Source: an uncultured Alphaproteobacteria bacterium
Lineage (GTDB): Bacteria > Pseudomonadota > Alphaproteobacteria > M2410
Assembly: GCA_965603015.1 (NCBI GenBank)
Contig: CBFDBJ010000005.1
Span: 3,080 to 67,079, forward strand
Reading direction: 5' to 3'
Length of the DNA: 64,000 nt
In this document: piece by piece, positions 22,820 to 31,668 of the stretch
How the letters are laid out: each line of letters begins with the position of its first letter
Position numbering within the stretch: position 1 is the first letter of the stretch
Program-made: the position numbers and the translations under genes
Notes under the pieces: model-generated
What the model saw: the letters and a program-made list of their open reading frames with translations, nothing else
Told to the model about the DNA's origin: nothing
The model's database searches: none

Positions 22820-23060
22820 GCGACCCTGTCGTCTGTTGGATTTAGCGACAGATCAAACTCGATCCGCTGCCTCATCTGGATGCAGACATTACATATTCAA
22901 AACGGCAATCATATTTGCCAGATTGCCGCAAGTCGGCATGTCGCACGCTGCTTTGACACGCGCCAGCCGGTTACCCTGGAACTATCCCAAAGTTGCGTTT
23001 GAGGTGCTTAATTTTTTGTTAACACCCAGGTGTCCGCCGGGTGGGAAGGCTCGGAAAAAT

Positions 23061-24422
23061 CTAGTAGGCGCAATCCGAATAAAGCCGCTTGATATCGCCC
23101 TGCCAGTCATTGTGGAAAGCCTCGAGCAGATCCTCTGCGGGCGTCTTACCACGTTCCAGACTGTCCTGAAGTGTAGCAAGGAAGTGGACTTCATCGACAC
23201 CGGCACTGTCGAGCCTGGCGCGTGCTTTCAGACCCTGCTTCGCCAGGTCCACGACGTCCTTCGCGATCTCAAGAACGCTTCGACCGCAAATTTCAGCCCT
23301 GAATCCAAGACGTGCGACATCGCGCCGCAGAGCTTCCATTTCCTCCGGGCTCCATCCCTTTGCAATATCCCAGGCCGCATCAAGCGACGACTGGTTGTAA
23401 AACAGGCCAACCCAAAGCGCGGGCAAAGCGCAAATCCGATCCCAGGGACCGCCATCGGCGCCGCGCACTTCCAGATATTGCTTAATGCGCGCTTCAGGGA
23501 AAATTGTTGTCAGATGATCGGCCCAATCGGACAGGGTCGGCTTTTGCCCCTCGAAGCCCTCCAGTTTTCCATCAAGGAAGTTACGGAACGATTTGCCACT
23601 CACATCGTGGTAGATCCCGTCGCGATAGACAAAATACATCGGCACATCGAGGGCAAAATCCGTATAGGCCTCGAACCCGAAACCCTCCTCAAAAACAAAC
23701 GGCAAAACGCCGGTGCGATCCGGGTCCGTATCGGTCCAGATATGGGCGCGGTATGACAAATATCCGTTGGGCTTGCCGTCAAGGAACGGGGAATTGGCGA
23801 ACAGCGCTGTGGCAATTGGCTGGAGCGCGAGGGCAACGCGCAGTTTTTGCACCATGTCGGGCTCCGAGCCGAAATCAAGATTGGTCTGGATGGTGCAGGA
23901 GCGGAACATCATATCGAGACCCATACTGCCTTTTTTAGGCATGTAGCTCGACATGATGCCGTAGCGGCCCTTGGGCATGACCGGAACCTGATCGCGGGTC
24001 CAGTCGGGCGTAACACCCAGTCCGAGAAACCCGGCGCCGATTTCGTCGGCCACTTCGCGGACCTGATCGAGGTGGGTATGAACCTCGTTGCAGGTCTGGT
24101 GCAGGGTCTTCAGATTGGCGCCCGAAAGCTCCAATTGCCCGCCAGGCTCGAGACTGACGGAGGCACCGTCCTGCAAAAGACCGATAATCTTGCCCTGTTC
24201 GCGCACCGGCTCCCAGCCAAACCGTGTCAGTCCATTGAGCATGGCCTCGATCCCGGCGGGACCCTCATAGGGGAGCGGCGCAAGGGTCTCGGCGTTGAAG
24301 CTGAATTTCTCGTGCTCGGTACCAATGCCCCATTTATCCTCGGGCTTTGATCCATCGGCCAGAAACCTGACCAGATCGTCCCTCGATTCAACGGGTCCAC
24401 CACCTTGCTGCGGTATCGACAT
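23061..24422 (-). CDS. gshA: Glutamate--cysteine ligase, plant/alphaproteobacterial type (GCS2)
   Basis: 453 aa with GCS2 family blocks (GTEHEKF, RSCTIQTNLDFGSE, PFVFEEGFGFEAY). Confidence 0.9.
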   Translation of the reverse strand: MSIPQQGGGPVESRDDLVRFLADGSKPEDKWGIGTEHEKFSFNAETLAPLPYEGPAGIEAMLNGLTRFGWEPVREQGKIIGLLQDGASVSLEPGGQLELSGANLKTLHQTCNEVHTHLDQVREVADEIGAGFLGLGVTPDWTRDQVPVMPKGRYGIMSSYMPKKGSMGLDMMFRSCTIQTNLDFGSEPDMVQKLRVALALQPIATALFANSPFLDGKPNGYLSYRAHIWTDTDPDRTGVLPFVFEEGFGFEAYTDFALDVPMYFVYRDGIYHDVSGKSFRNFLDGKLEGFEGQKPTLSDWADHLTTIFPEARIKQYLEVRGADGGPWDRICALPALWVGLFYNQSSLDAAWDIAKGWSPEEMEALRRDVARLGFRAEICGRSVLEIAKDVVDLAKQGLKARARLDSAGVDEVHFLATLQDSLERGKTPAEDLLEAFHNDWQGDIKRLYSDCAY

Positions 24423-24567
24423 GCCGTCCCTTTCAACACTCGTGTTCGTTATAAGTCGTCAGAATCTGACACGTTTGAGCAGGAACCTATGGGCTTGCCC
24501 AATCCCATACAAGCCTCAAGGTATTGCGCACCGTCACAATCCTGCGAGGCACCATGTTAATCAAATA

Positions 24568-24637
24568 GGGGTCAGACACCATTTTTGCAAAACAGAGGGC
24601 GTGTTTGCGAAAATGGTGTCTGACCCCTACATGTTAC
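24568..24637 (-). terminator. Putative intrinsic terminator of rsmE: a 25-bp-arm near-perfect inverted repeat followed (minus strand) by TATTTGATT
   Basis: Arms are GGGGTCAGACACCATTTTTGCAAAAC (24568-24593) and GTTTGCGAAAATGGTGTCTGACCCC (24603-24627), with a 9-nt loop. It lies just 3' of the rsmE stop on the coding strand. Confidence 0.4.
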
Positions 24638-24648
24638 CACCCTACATG

Positions 24649-25398
24649 TTACCAGTCGCCTCGGGTGGCCTGGAAAACTGCGAGGGCGGCGAGGGCGGCG
24701 GTGTCGGCGCGCATGATCCGGGGGCCAAGCGATACCGCCATGGCAGGGGCAAAGCGGCGCAGGGTCTCGCGTTCCTCATCGGCAAAGCCGCCTTCGGGAC
24801 CGATGAGGATCGACCAGGGGCCATCCGAATCAGACCTTTCGAGCGCCTCCGCCAGTGGCGCCGCGTCCCTTGATTCATCGCAAAAGATGAGCCCGCGCCC
24901 CGGGGGCCATTCTGCAAGCAGCGTCTCCAGCTTCACTTCATGCTTTACCTCCGGCACATCGAGCCGGCCGCACTGCTCTGCAGCCTCGACGACATTGGCG
25001 ACCATACGGTCCTGTTTCACTTTTGCGTTAGTGCGCCGGGTGATGACGGGACGAATGACTGAGACACCAAGCTCGGTGGCCTTCTGCACAAGAAAATCGA
25101 GCCGCAGCTTTTTGACCGGGGCAAACAGGAGCTCGAGGTCGGGGGTTATGGTCTGGGCGCGCGACGGTTTGACAACCCTCAGGTCCAGCGCCTTTTTGCC
25201 GATTTTGGCGATCTCGGCCAGCCACTCCCCGTCGCGGCCATTGAACAGCAGCACGGTCTCGCCCATGCTCTTGCGCATCACATTGGCAAGATAATGAGTT
25301 TGTCCCGGGTCGAGGACGACCCCAGCCCCCTCGGCCAGATCATCGCCGACAAAAAGTCTGGTTTTTGCAAAATCAAAGGGCTCCAAAGCCGTCGACAT
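24649..25398 (-). CDS. rsmE: 16S rRNA (uracil1498-N3)-methyltransferase
   Basis: 249 aa RsmE family, with a PUA-like N-terminus and a SPOUT C-terminus (LIGPEGGF). Confidence 0.85.
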   Translation of the reverse strand: MSTALEPFDFAKTRLFVGDDLAEGAGVVLDPGQTHYLANVMRKSMGETVLLFNGRDGEWLAEIAKIGKKALDLRVVKPSRAQTITPDLELLFAPVKKLRLDFLVQKATELGVSVIRPVITRRTNAKVKQDRMVANVVEAAEQCGRLDVPEVKHEVKLETLLAEWPPGRGLIFCDESRDAAPLAEALERSDSDGPWSILIGPEGGFADEERETLRRFAPAMAVSLGPRIMRADTAALAALAVFQATRGDW

Positions 25399-25464
25399 TC
25401 CCGCTACTTTCAGATTTAAAGAGACCCGATTGCCACCTTCACTCTTTCAACTGCTCAGGTCTTC

Positions 25465-26460
25465 ATGTCAACGTCGTCGCCACAGGGCCAGCCCCGGAAC
25501 AAAGTTTCTGACGCCCCGCGCGCCAACTGGGTCGATCGTTACGCCCCCGAAAGAACCAAGCCATACCTTCGCCTTGCGCGGGCGGACCGCCCTATCGGGA
25601 CCTGGCTTTTGCTGCTGCCCTGCTGGTGGGGGATGGCACTGTCTTATGGTTACGAAACTTGTAATATCGCAACCGAAACGTGTGGTTCCGCTGCCGAAAT
25701 TCATCATATCGCTCCCGGAATGATTTTGTTTTACGGGCTCCTGTTCGCCATCGGCGCCTTTGTCATGCGTGGCGCCGGGTGCACCTATAACGATATTGTT
25801 GACCGCGATTTTGACGCACAGGTTGAGCGTACGCGGTCGCGCCCGATCCCCAGCGGCCAGGTCTCGCACAAAATGGCGCTGCTGTTTTTGACGTTCCTCA
25901 GCCTTGTCGGGCTCGCCGTGCTGGTCTCGTTCAACCCTTTCACGGTGCTTCTGGGGCTTTCATCCCTCGGGCTTGTTGCCATCTATCCGTTCATGAAGCG
26001 GGTCACGCACTGGCCGCAAATCTGGCTCGGCTTGACCTTCAACTGGGGCATTTTGATGGGCTGGAGTGCGCTGGCCGGCAGCCTCTCGCTCGCGCCGCTG
26101 CTGTTCTATGCCGGAGCGATATTCTGGACCATTGGCTATGACACGATCTACGCTCATCAGGACAAGGAGGATGACCTCATGGTCGGGGTTAAATCCTCTG
26201 CCATTCGCCTCGGGCAAAATTCGAAATTCTGGATTGGGGTGTTTTACGGCGCCACCATCGGGTTTTTTGTCGCGGCGGGTTTTGCATCAGGGCTCGGCCC
26301 CCTGTTCTTTGCCGCGATGATTGGCGCTGCCATGCACCTCCTCAGACAAATCAGAAAGGTCGATATTGACGACCCGGATATTTGTCTGAAGGTTTTCAAA
26401 TCAAACCGCGATTTCGGTTTTGTCATTCTTGCCGCTATTATTCTGGGGCATGCCCTATAA
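25465..26460 (+). CDS. ubiA: 4-hydroxybenzoate polyprenyltransferase (UbiA family)
   Basis: 331 aa polytopic protein with UbiA motifs (NDIVDRDFDAQVERTRSRPIPSG, YDTIYAHQDKEDD). Confidence 0.85.
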   Translation: MSTSSPQGQPRNKVSDAPRANWVDRYAPERTKPYLRLARADRPIGTWLLLLPCWWGMALSYGYETCNIATETCGSAAEIHHIAPGMILFYGLLFAIGAFVMRGAGCTYNDIVDRDFDAQVERTRSRPIPSGQVSHKMALLFLTFLSLVGLAVLVSFNPFTVLLGLSSLGLVAIYPFMKRVTHWPQIWLGLTFNWGILMGWSALAGSLSLAPLLFYAGAIFWTIGYDTIYAHQDKEDDLMVGVKSSAIRLGQNSKFWIGVFYGATIGFFVAAGFASGLGPLFFAAMIGAAMHLLRQIRKVDIDDPDICLKVFKSNRDFGFVILAAIILGHAL

Positions 26461-26537
26461 GGCGAAATCCCGAACACTCTCTCCCTGCCAATAAGAACTC
26501 TTGGCAGGAAGGGTTCGACCCCCTATGATTCCGACCT

Positions 26538-27536
26538 ATGTCAAAAGCCGCCCGATATCTGCCTCCCGAGGACATCAAACAAGTCTCTGAACGCTCCGAT
26601 TTCAAGGGTGCGTGGCTGGTGTTCCATGCCTGGGCGACGATCTTCGGGTCGATGGCTCTCTTCGCGATATTCCCCGATACGCTGACTTTCATCCTTGCAA
26701 TCTTGCTGATCGGCGGCAGGCAACTTGGCCTTGCGATCCTCATGCATGACGGCTCGCACGGCGTGCTGTTCAAGACACCAAAATACAACGCGGTCGCCGT
26801 TCAATGGCTGTGCGCCTACCCGATATTCTCGGAGATGTGGGCTTATCGCAAATATCATCTGGTGCACCATAAATTCACCCAGCAGGACAATGATCCCGAC
26901 TTGTCCCTCTCGGCCCCCTTCCCGATCTCGCGGGCGAGTTTTCGGCGCAAGGCGGTGCGCGATCTGACCGGGCAAACCTGTTTCAAACAAAGGCGCGCAC
27001 AATTTCGTGCAGGAATGGGCGACCCCTCCCTGCCACTCGGGGCACGACTGCAGAATTTCTACAACCGCTTCCGTGGACCGCTGCTGATGAACTTCGGGCT
27101 GTTTGTTTTGCTGGCCCTGGTCGGCAAGTGGCACTACTATTTTCTGTTCTGGATCCTGCCTTTTATGACATGGCAACAGCTTATCCTTCGTGTGCGGAAT
27201 ATAGCCGAGCACGCCATGGTTCCGGCGCAGGATGATGTTTTCCTGAATGCTCGGACGACAAAGGCGAGCTGGATCATCCGGGCGATCCTCGCGCCCTACT
27301 ATGTCAACTATCATGTCGAGCATCACATGATGATCTATGTGCCGTGCTATAATCTGCCGCTGGCCCACGAGCTTCTGCGGCGCCGGGGCTGGCACGACAG
27401 CATGGAAATCCAGCCGAACTACTGGGACGTTCTCAAGATGGCCACGTCAAAGCCCGATGATGGCTCTCGGTCCGGCGACGGCCGCGAGGCGACGCTTTTT
27501 GCGGGGATCAACGGACCGATAGGCGAGACCAAGTGA
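26538..27536 (+). CDS. Membrane fatty-acid-desaturase-family di-iron enzyme (three His boxes)
   Basis: 332 aa with His boxes HDGSHG, HLVHHKF and HVEHHMM and 4 predicted TM helices. Confidence 0.8.
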   Translation: MSKAARYLPPEDIKQVSERSDFKGAWLVFHAWATIFGSMALFAIFPDTLTFILAILLIGGRQLGLAILMHDGSHGVLFKTPKYNAVAVQWLCAYPIFSEMWAYRKYHLVHHKFTQQDNDPDLSLSAPFPISRASFRRKAVRDLTGQTCFKQRRAQFRAGMGDPSLPLGARLQNFYNRFRGPLLMNFGLFVLLALVGKWHYYFLFWILPFMTWQQLILRVRNIAEHAMVPAQDDVFLNARTTKASWIIRAILAPYYVNYHVEHHMMIYVPCYNLPLAHELLRRRGWHDSMEIQPNYWDVLKMATSKPDDGSRSGDGREATLFAGINGPIGETK

Positions 27537-28198
27537 TTACGCCCGGGCGTGCGCTCGACCATCCTGAAGCCTTCATTCTTGAAAACACACGGCTTCAAAG
27601 CTCTCCTCTTGTGCCCGAAATCCAGCTTCATCTGGCCGATGAAATGTTGCCCCTGTGGAAGCTGACTGAAGACGAACTTGACGCGTCCGGTCTGCCGCCG
27701 CCGTGGTGGGCCTTTGCGTGGGCTGGCGGACAGGCGCTGGCGCGGCACATTCTTGACAATCCCGAGCTGGTGCGCGGCGCCCGCGTCCTCGACTTTGCCA
27801 CAGGATCCGGCATCGTTGCCATTGCCGCCATGAAGGCAGGCGCCATGAGCGCACGCGCCAATGACATCGACCCCATGGCCATCGCCGCCACACAGCTCAA
27901 CGCCGAGGCCAACGGCGTTTATGTCCGGGTCAGCGCCGACAATCTGGTTGGTCAGCCGAGCCACGGCTGGACGACCGTGCTGGCAGGCGACATCTGTTAC
28001 GAACAACCGCTTGCCGGCGAGGTCGAGGCCTGGCTCAAGTCACTGGCAGGAGACGCCCTCGTCCTGATGGGCGATCCGGGGCGCACGTATCTGCCAAAGG
28101 CGGGCATGACCCGGGTCGCGGAATACCGCGTCGAGACGACCCGGGAACTGGAAGACAATGATGTGCGTCATACGACCGTCTGGAGATTTGAGCCTTGA
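27533..28198 (+). CDS. Class I SAM-dependent methyltransferase (COG3897-like)
   Basis: 221 aa with SAM-binding motif I (VLDFATGSGIVAIAA) and an acidic post-I motif (ANDID). Start overlaps the desaturase stop (ATGA). Confidence 0.7.
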   Translation: MITPGRALDHPEAFILENTRLQSSPLVPEIQLHLADEMLPLWKLTEDELDASGLPPPWWAFAWAGGQALARHILDNPELVRGARVLDFATGSGIVAIAAMKAGAMSARANDIDPMAIAATQLNAEANGVYVRVSADNLVGQPSHGWTTVLAGDICYEQPLAGEVEAWLKSLAGDALVLMGDPGRTYLPKAGMTRVAEYRVETTRELEDNDVRHTTVWRFEP

Positions 28199-28268
28199 GG
28201 GTTTGATTGCGCCGTCAATTTGAACTTGTTAGGTTCATTTTGATTCCTCTGGAAAGCCCCTGGTTCTC

Positions 28269-29768
28269 ATGTCCTACAAGTCCCTGCGAGATTTTATCGA
28301 TCACCTTGAACGCGCAGGCGAGCTGGTCCGCGTTTCAGAACCGGTTTCGACCTTTCTTGAGATGACCGAAATCCAGACGCGGCTGTTGGCAAAAGGTGGT
28401 CCGGCGGTGCTGTTTGAAAAACCGGTCAATGAGCGCGGCGAGCCCTCCGACATTCCGGTTCTTGTCAACCTGTTCGGCACGGTCAAGCGTGTTGCCATGG
28501 CGGTGACCCTTGAAGGAAAAGAGCGCACAGAAGCAAAGGATCTGCGCGAGGTTGGCGAGGCGCTGGCGTTCCTGCGCCAGCCCGAACCGCCCGGCGGTAT
28601 CAAGGAAGCGGTGGCCATGCTGCCGCTGGTCAAGACCGTTTTGCAGATGAAGCCAAAGACCGTGGCGAGCGCGCCGGTACACGAAGTTGTCCTGACAGGC
28701 GACGATATTGACCTGACAAAGCTCCCCATTCAGACCTGCTGGCCGGGCGAGCCCGCACCGCTCATCACCTGGCCGCTTGTCGTGACCGAAGGGCCAACGG
28801 GCAAAGGCGAGGACAGTTTTAATCTCGGCATCTACCGGATGCAGTTGCGCGACAGCAAATCGACACTGATGCGCTGGCTGAAACACCGCGGCGGCGCCGC
28901 GCATCACCGGCGTTGGGCGGAGATTTCAGAAGAACCGCTGCCTGTGGCTGTTGTGATCGGCGCGGACCCCGGGACCATCCTGGCGGCAGTGACCCCGGTG
29001 CCTGACACGATATCGGAATATCAGTTCGCCGGGCTGTTCCGCGGCAAGCGCGTCGAGCTTGTCGATTGCAAGACCGTTCCCCTGAAAGTCCCCGCCGAAG
29101 CCGAAATCGTTCTGGAAGGCCATGTCTCGCTGACGAATTACGAGGATGAAGGTCCGTACGGGGATCATACGGGTTATTATAATTCTGTTGAGCAATTCCC
29201 GGTGTTTACGGTGAGCGCCATCACCATGCGCAAGGACCCGCTTTATCTTTCGACCTTTACCGGTCGGCCGCCGGATGAGCCGTCTGTGCTTGGCGAAGCG
29301 CTCAACGAGGTTTTCGTGCCGCTGATCAGGCAGCAGTTCCCGGAGATCACAGATTTTTACCTGCCGCCCGAAGGCTGCTCCTACCGCATCGCCGTCGTCT
29401 CCATGAAGAAAGCCTTCCCGGGGCATGGCAAGCGCGTAATGATGGGGGTGTGGTCCTACCTGCGCCAGTTCATGTATACCAAGTGGATCATCGTCGTGGA
29501 CGACGACATCGATATTCGGGACTGGAAGGATGTCATGTGGGCTGTTTCAACCCGGATGGACCCGGTGCGCGATATCACGATGGTCGAGAACACACCGATC
29601 GACTATCTCGACTTCGCCTCGCCGGAAAGCGGCCTCGGCGGCAAGGTCGGGCTTGATGCGACCAACAAACTGCCACCCGAAACTCACCGCGAATGGGGCC
29701 ACAAGATCACCATGGATCCGGCGGTTGTGGAGCTGGTGACGAAGAAGTGGCCGAAGCTTGGGCTATAG
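28269..29768 (+). CDS. ubiD: UbiD-family decarboxylase (3-octaprenyl-4-hydroxybenzoate carboxy-lyase-like)
   Basis: 499 aa with UbiD family blocks ([32 protein letters not shown]). Confidence 0.9.
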   Translation: MSYKSLRDFIDHLERAGELVRVSEPVSTFLEMTEIQTRLLAKGGPAVLFEKPVNERGEPSDIPVLVNLFGTVKRVAMAVTLEGKERTEAKDLREVGEALAFLRQPEPPGGIKEAVAMLPLVKTVLQMKPKTVASAPVHEVVLTGDDIDLTKLPIQTCWPGEPAPLITWPLVVTEGPTGKGEDSFNLGIYRMQLRDSKSTLMRWLKHRGGAAHHRRWAEISEEPLPVAVVIGADPGTILAAVTPVPDTISEYQFAGLFRGKRVELVDCKTVPLKVPAEAEIVLEGHVSLTNYEDEGPYGDHTGYYNSVEQFPVFTVSAITMRKDPLYLSTFTGRPPDEPSVLGEALNEVFVPLIRQQFPEITDFYLPPEGCSYRIAVVSMKKAFPGHGKRVMMGVWSYLRQFMYTKWIIVVDDDIDIRDWKDVMWAVSTRMDPVRDITMVENTPIDYLDFASPESGLGGKVGLDATNKLPPETHREWGHKITMDPAVVELVTKKWPKLGL

Positions 29769-29895
29769 GATTCCTGCGGATGTCCGGACATTAACAGCGG
29801 AATCGGGGGCTGCAAGTGTCAGGATTCTTTACAGTTCATCAACACTTCCACGCAGAAAATATCACAACCCCTTGAAATTAATCATATATTTTTTC

Positions 29896-29911
29896 TGGCA
29901 CAAAGATTGCT
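29896..29911 (+). promoter_or_regulatory. Sigma-54 (-24/-12) promoter TGGCACaaagaTTGCT upstream of the first PEP-CTERM gene
   Basis: Matches the TGGCAC-N5-TTGCW consensus (GG-N10-GC spacing), 48 bp upstream of the ATG at 29959. A near-identical site precedes the paralog. Confidence 0.55.
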
Positions 29912-29958
29912 TAATTGGGGCTGTAATGACGGGTTCTGATTTTTAAGGAGTAGGGATT

Positions 29959-30660
29959 ATGGGAACGAAGTTGAATAGAAAAGTTCTAGGCCTTGGCGCT
30001 GCACTGATTGGTGCTGTATTTGCCTCTGCCTCTGCCTATGCGGGCGCAGTATTGGTGATGATCGATGATCTCGGTGGCACAGTCGCCGTTGTAGATAATG
30101 GCGCAGGCGATTCGGATGCGACTGTTGGCGTTATCAATTACAACGGGGCGATCGGCGCATGGCTGGTTACAGCGGAGATCGGCGTTTCCAAGCCTATCGT
30201 TGGCTCAGCCTCGGAAGCTCAAGTGGATTTGCTCTCGGTTAACGCTTCAAGCGGCGCTGCCGGGGACCTTTATGTTCTGTTTTCCGATACGGATTTCATC
30301 AGCACGGGCGGCAACATGTGGTTTGACCTTGCCATTGGCGGGACCACTGACGGGACCGTCGAGACTGCCGGTTGCTTCAACGCCAGCAATTCAAACTGGA
30401 TGGACGAGGGCTTATGCGAAAACCTGTTTCTGCTTTCGCCAGTCCTGAACACAAATCCATTTTCATGGGCCGGTGGCACTTCGGTTGCAACATCCGGTGA
30501 CCTGTTCAGCCTTGGTATTGGCGCTTTGATTAGCCATGACAAAGGCGGGATTACGAGCTTTGACGCCAACCTGCGTGTGCCAGAGCCTGGCATGCTTGGC
30601 TTCCTCGGCTTTGGTCTCCTCGGCATGGGCCTTGCTGCCCGTCGTCGCCGGAAAGCATAA
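29959..30660 (+). CDS. Secreted PEP-CTERM sorting-domain protein (putative exosortase substrate), paralog 1
   Basis: 233 aa with signal peptide (AYAGAV), a Gly/Thr/Ser-rich domain with two Cys, and a C-terminal VPEP-GMLGFLGFGLLGMGLAA-RRRRKA (PEP motif, TM helix, basic tail). An AAGGAG RBS lies 8 nt upstream. Confidence 0.8.
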   Translation: MGTKLNRKVLGLGAALIGAVFASASAYAGAVLVMIDDLGGTVAVVDNGAGDSDATVGVINYNGAIGAWLVTAEIGVSKPIVGSASEAQVDLLSVNASSGAAGDLYVLFSDTDFISTGGNMWFDLAIGGTTDGTVETAGCFNASNSNWMDEGLCENLFLLSPVLNTNPFSWAGGTSVATSGDLFSLGIGALISHDKGGITSFDANLRVPEPGMLGFLGFGLLGMGLAARRRRKA

Positions 30661-30692
30661 GCAGACAATAGAATTCAGAACCAGAATTTGGA

Positions 30693-30724
30693 GCGGCCCG
30701 CCTTTGGCGGGCCGCTTTTTTATT
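30693..30724 (+). terminator. Rho-independent terminator
   Basis: GCGGCCCGCC-TTT-GGCGGGCCGC: a 10-bp GC stem followed by TTTTTTATT. Confidence 0.8.
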
Positions 30725-30848
30725 GGGCTCGCAAAACAGTCCCCCTGCACACCCTTCCTGTCGGGAGAGTGTCGGGATTCTTTACGGTTCAGGTCCGTAC
30801 AAATATGGTTAATTCAATAACCCATTGAAAATGCGGTGTTATTTTATC

Positions 30849-30864
30849 TGGCACGACGCTTGCT
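30849..30864 (+). promoter_or_regulatory. Sigma-54 (-24/-12) promoter TGGCACgacgcTTGCT upstream of the second PEP-CTERM gene
   Basis: Same consensus match and spacing as the site at 29896. It lies 79 bp upstream of the ATG at 30943. Confidence 0.55.
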
Positions 30865-30942
30865 AATAAGGGGTATCGCCCATGAGGGGTTTTTGGTCTT
30901 TTGTACCAGTTGTGTAACAGTCAGAGTTGAGTGGTGAGTGTA

Positions 30943-31635
30943 ATGAAAAGTAAAACAGCCCTGAGTATTGGGATTGCCCTTTTGGGTATAGTGTGTGGCT
31001 CTTCGAGTGCGTTTGCAGGCGCAATGATGGTGCTGATTGATGATCTCGGCGGCACAGTCGCTATTGTAGATAACGGTGCAGGCGATTCGGATGCGACTGT
31101 TGGTGTTATCAATTACAACGGGGCGATCGGCGCATGGCTGGTTACAGCGGAAATCGGCGTTTCCAAGCCTATCGTTGGCTCAGCCTCGGAAGCTCAAGTG
31201 GATTTGCTCTCGGTTAACGCGTCAAGTGGCGCTGCCGGAGAGCTTGTCGTTTTGTTCTCTGATACAGATTTCATCAGTACGGGCGGCAACATGTGGTTTG
31301 ATCTTGCCATTGGCGGCACAACTGATGGAACCGTTGTAACGGGTGGCTGCTACAATGCCAGCAATACGAACTGGACCGATGGTGATTCATGCGAAAACCT
31401 GTTTCTGCTTTCGTCGGATCTGACCGGAAATCCATTTTCATGGCTTGACGGTGGATTGGTTGCAACATCCGGTGACTTGTTCAGCCTTGGTATCGGGGCT
31501 GCGATTGTCCACGACAAAGGCGGCATTACCAGCTTTGATGCCAACCTGCGTGTGCCAGAGCCTGGCATGCTTGGCTTCCTCGGCTTGGGTCTCCTCGGCA
31601 TGGGCCTTGCTGCCCGTCGTCGTCAAAAGGCATAA
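30943..31635 (+). CDS. Secreted PEP-CTERM sorting-domain protein, paralog 2
   Basis: 230 aa, about 85% identical to paralog 1, with the same architecture and C-terminal VPEPGMLGFLGLGLLGMGLAARRRQKA. I chose ATG at 30943 (MKSKTAL...). An alternative GTG lies at 30931. Confidence 0.8.
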   Translation: MKSKTALSIGIALLGIVCGSSSAFAGAMMVLIDDLGGTVAIVDNGAGDSDATVGVINYNGAIGAWLVTAEIGVSKPIVGSASEAQVDLLSVNASSGAAGELVVLFSDTDFISTGGNMWFDLAIGGTTDGTVVTGGCYNASNTNWTDGDSCENLFLLSSDLTGNPFSWLDGGLVATSGDLFSLGIGAAIVHDKGGITSFDANLRVPEPGMLGFLGLGLLGMGLAARRRQKA

Positions 31636-31668
31636 GCAGACAATAGAATTCAGAACCCGAATTTGGAG

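Noticed and set aside
22820-23060. FNR box upstream of napF
   Set aside because: There is no TTGAT-N4-ATCAA with correct spacing. The candidates TTAATTTTTTGTTAA and TTGGATTTAGCGACAGATCAA fail the symmetry or spacing. I did not annotate an FNR site.
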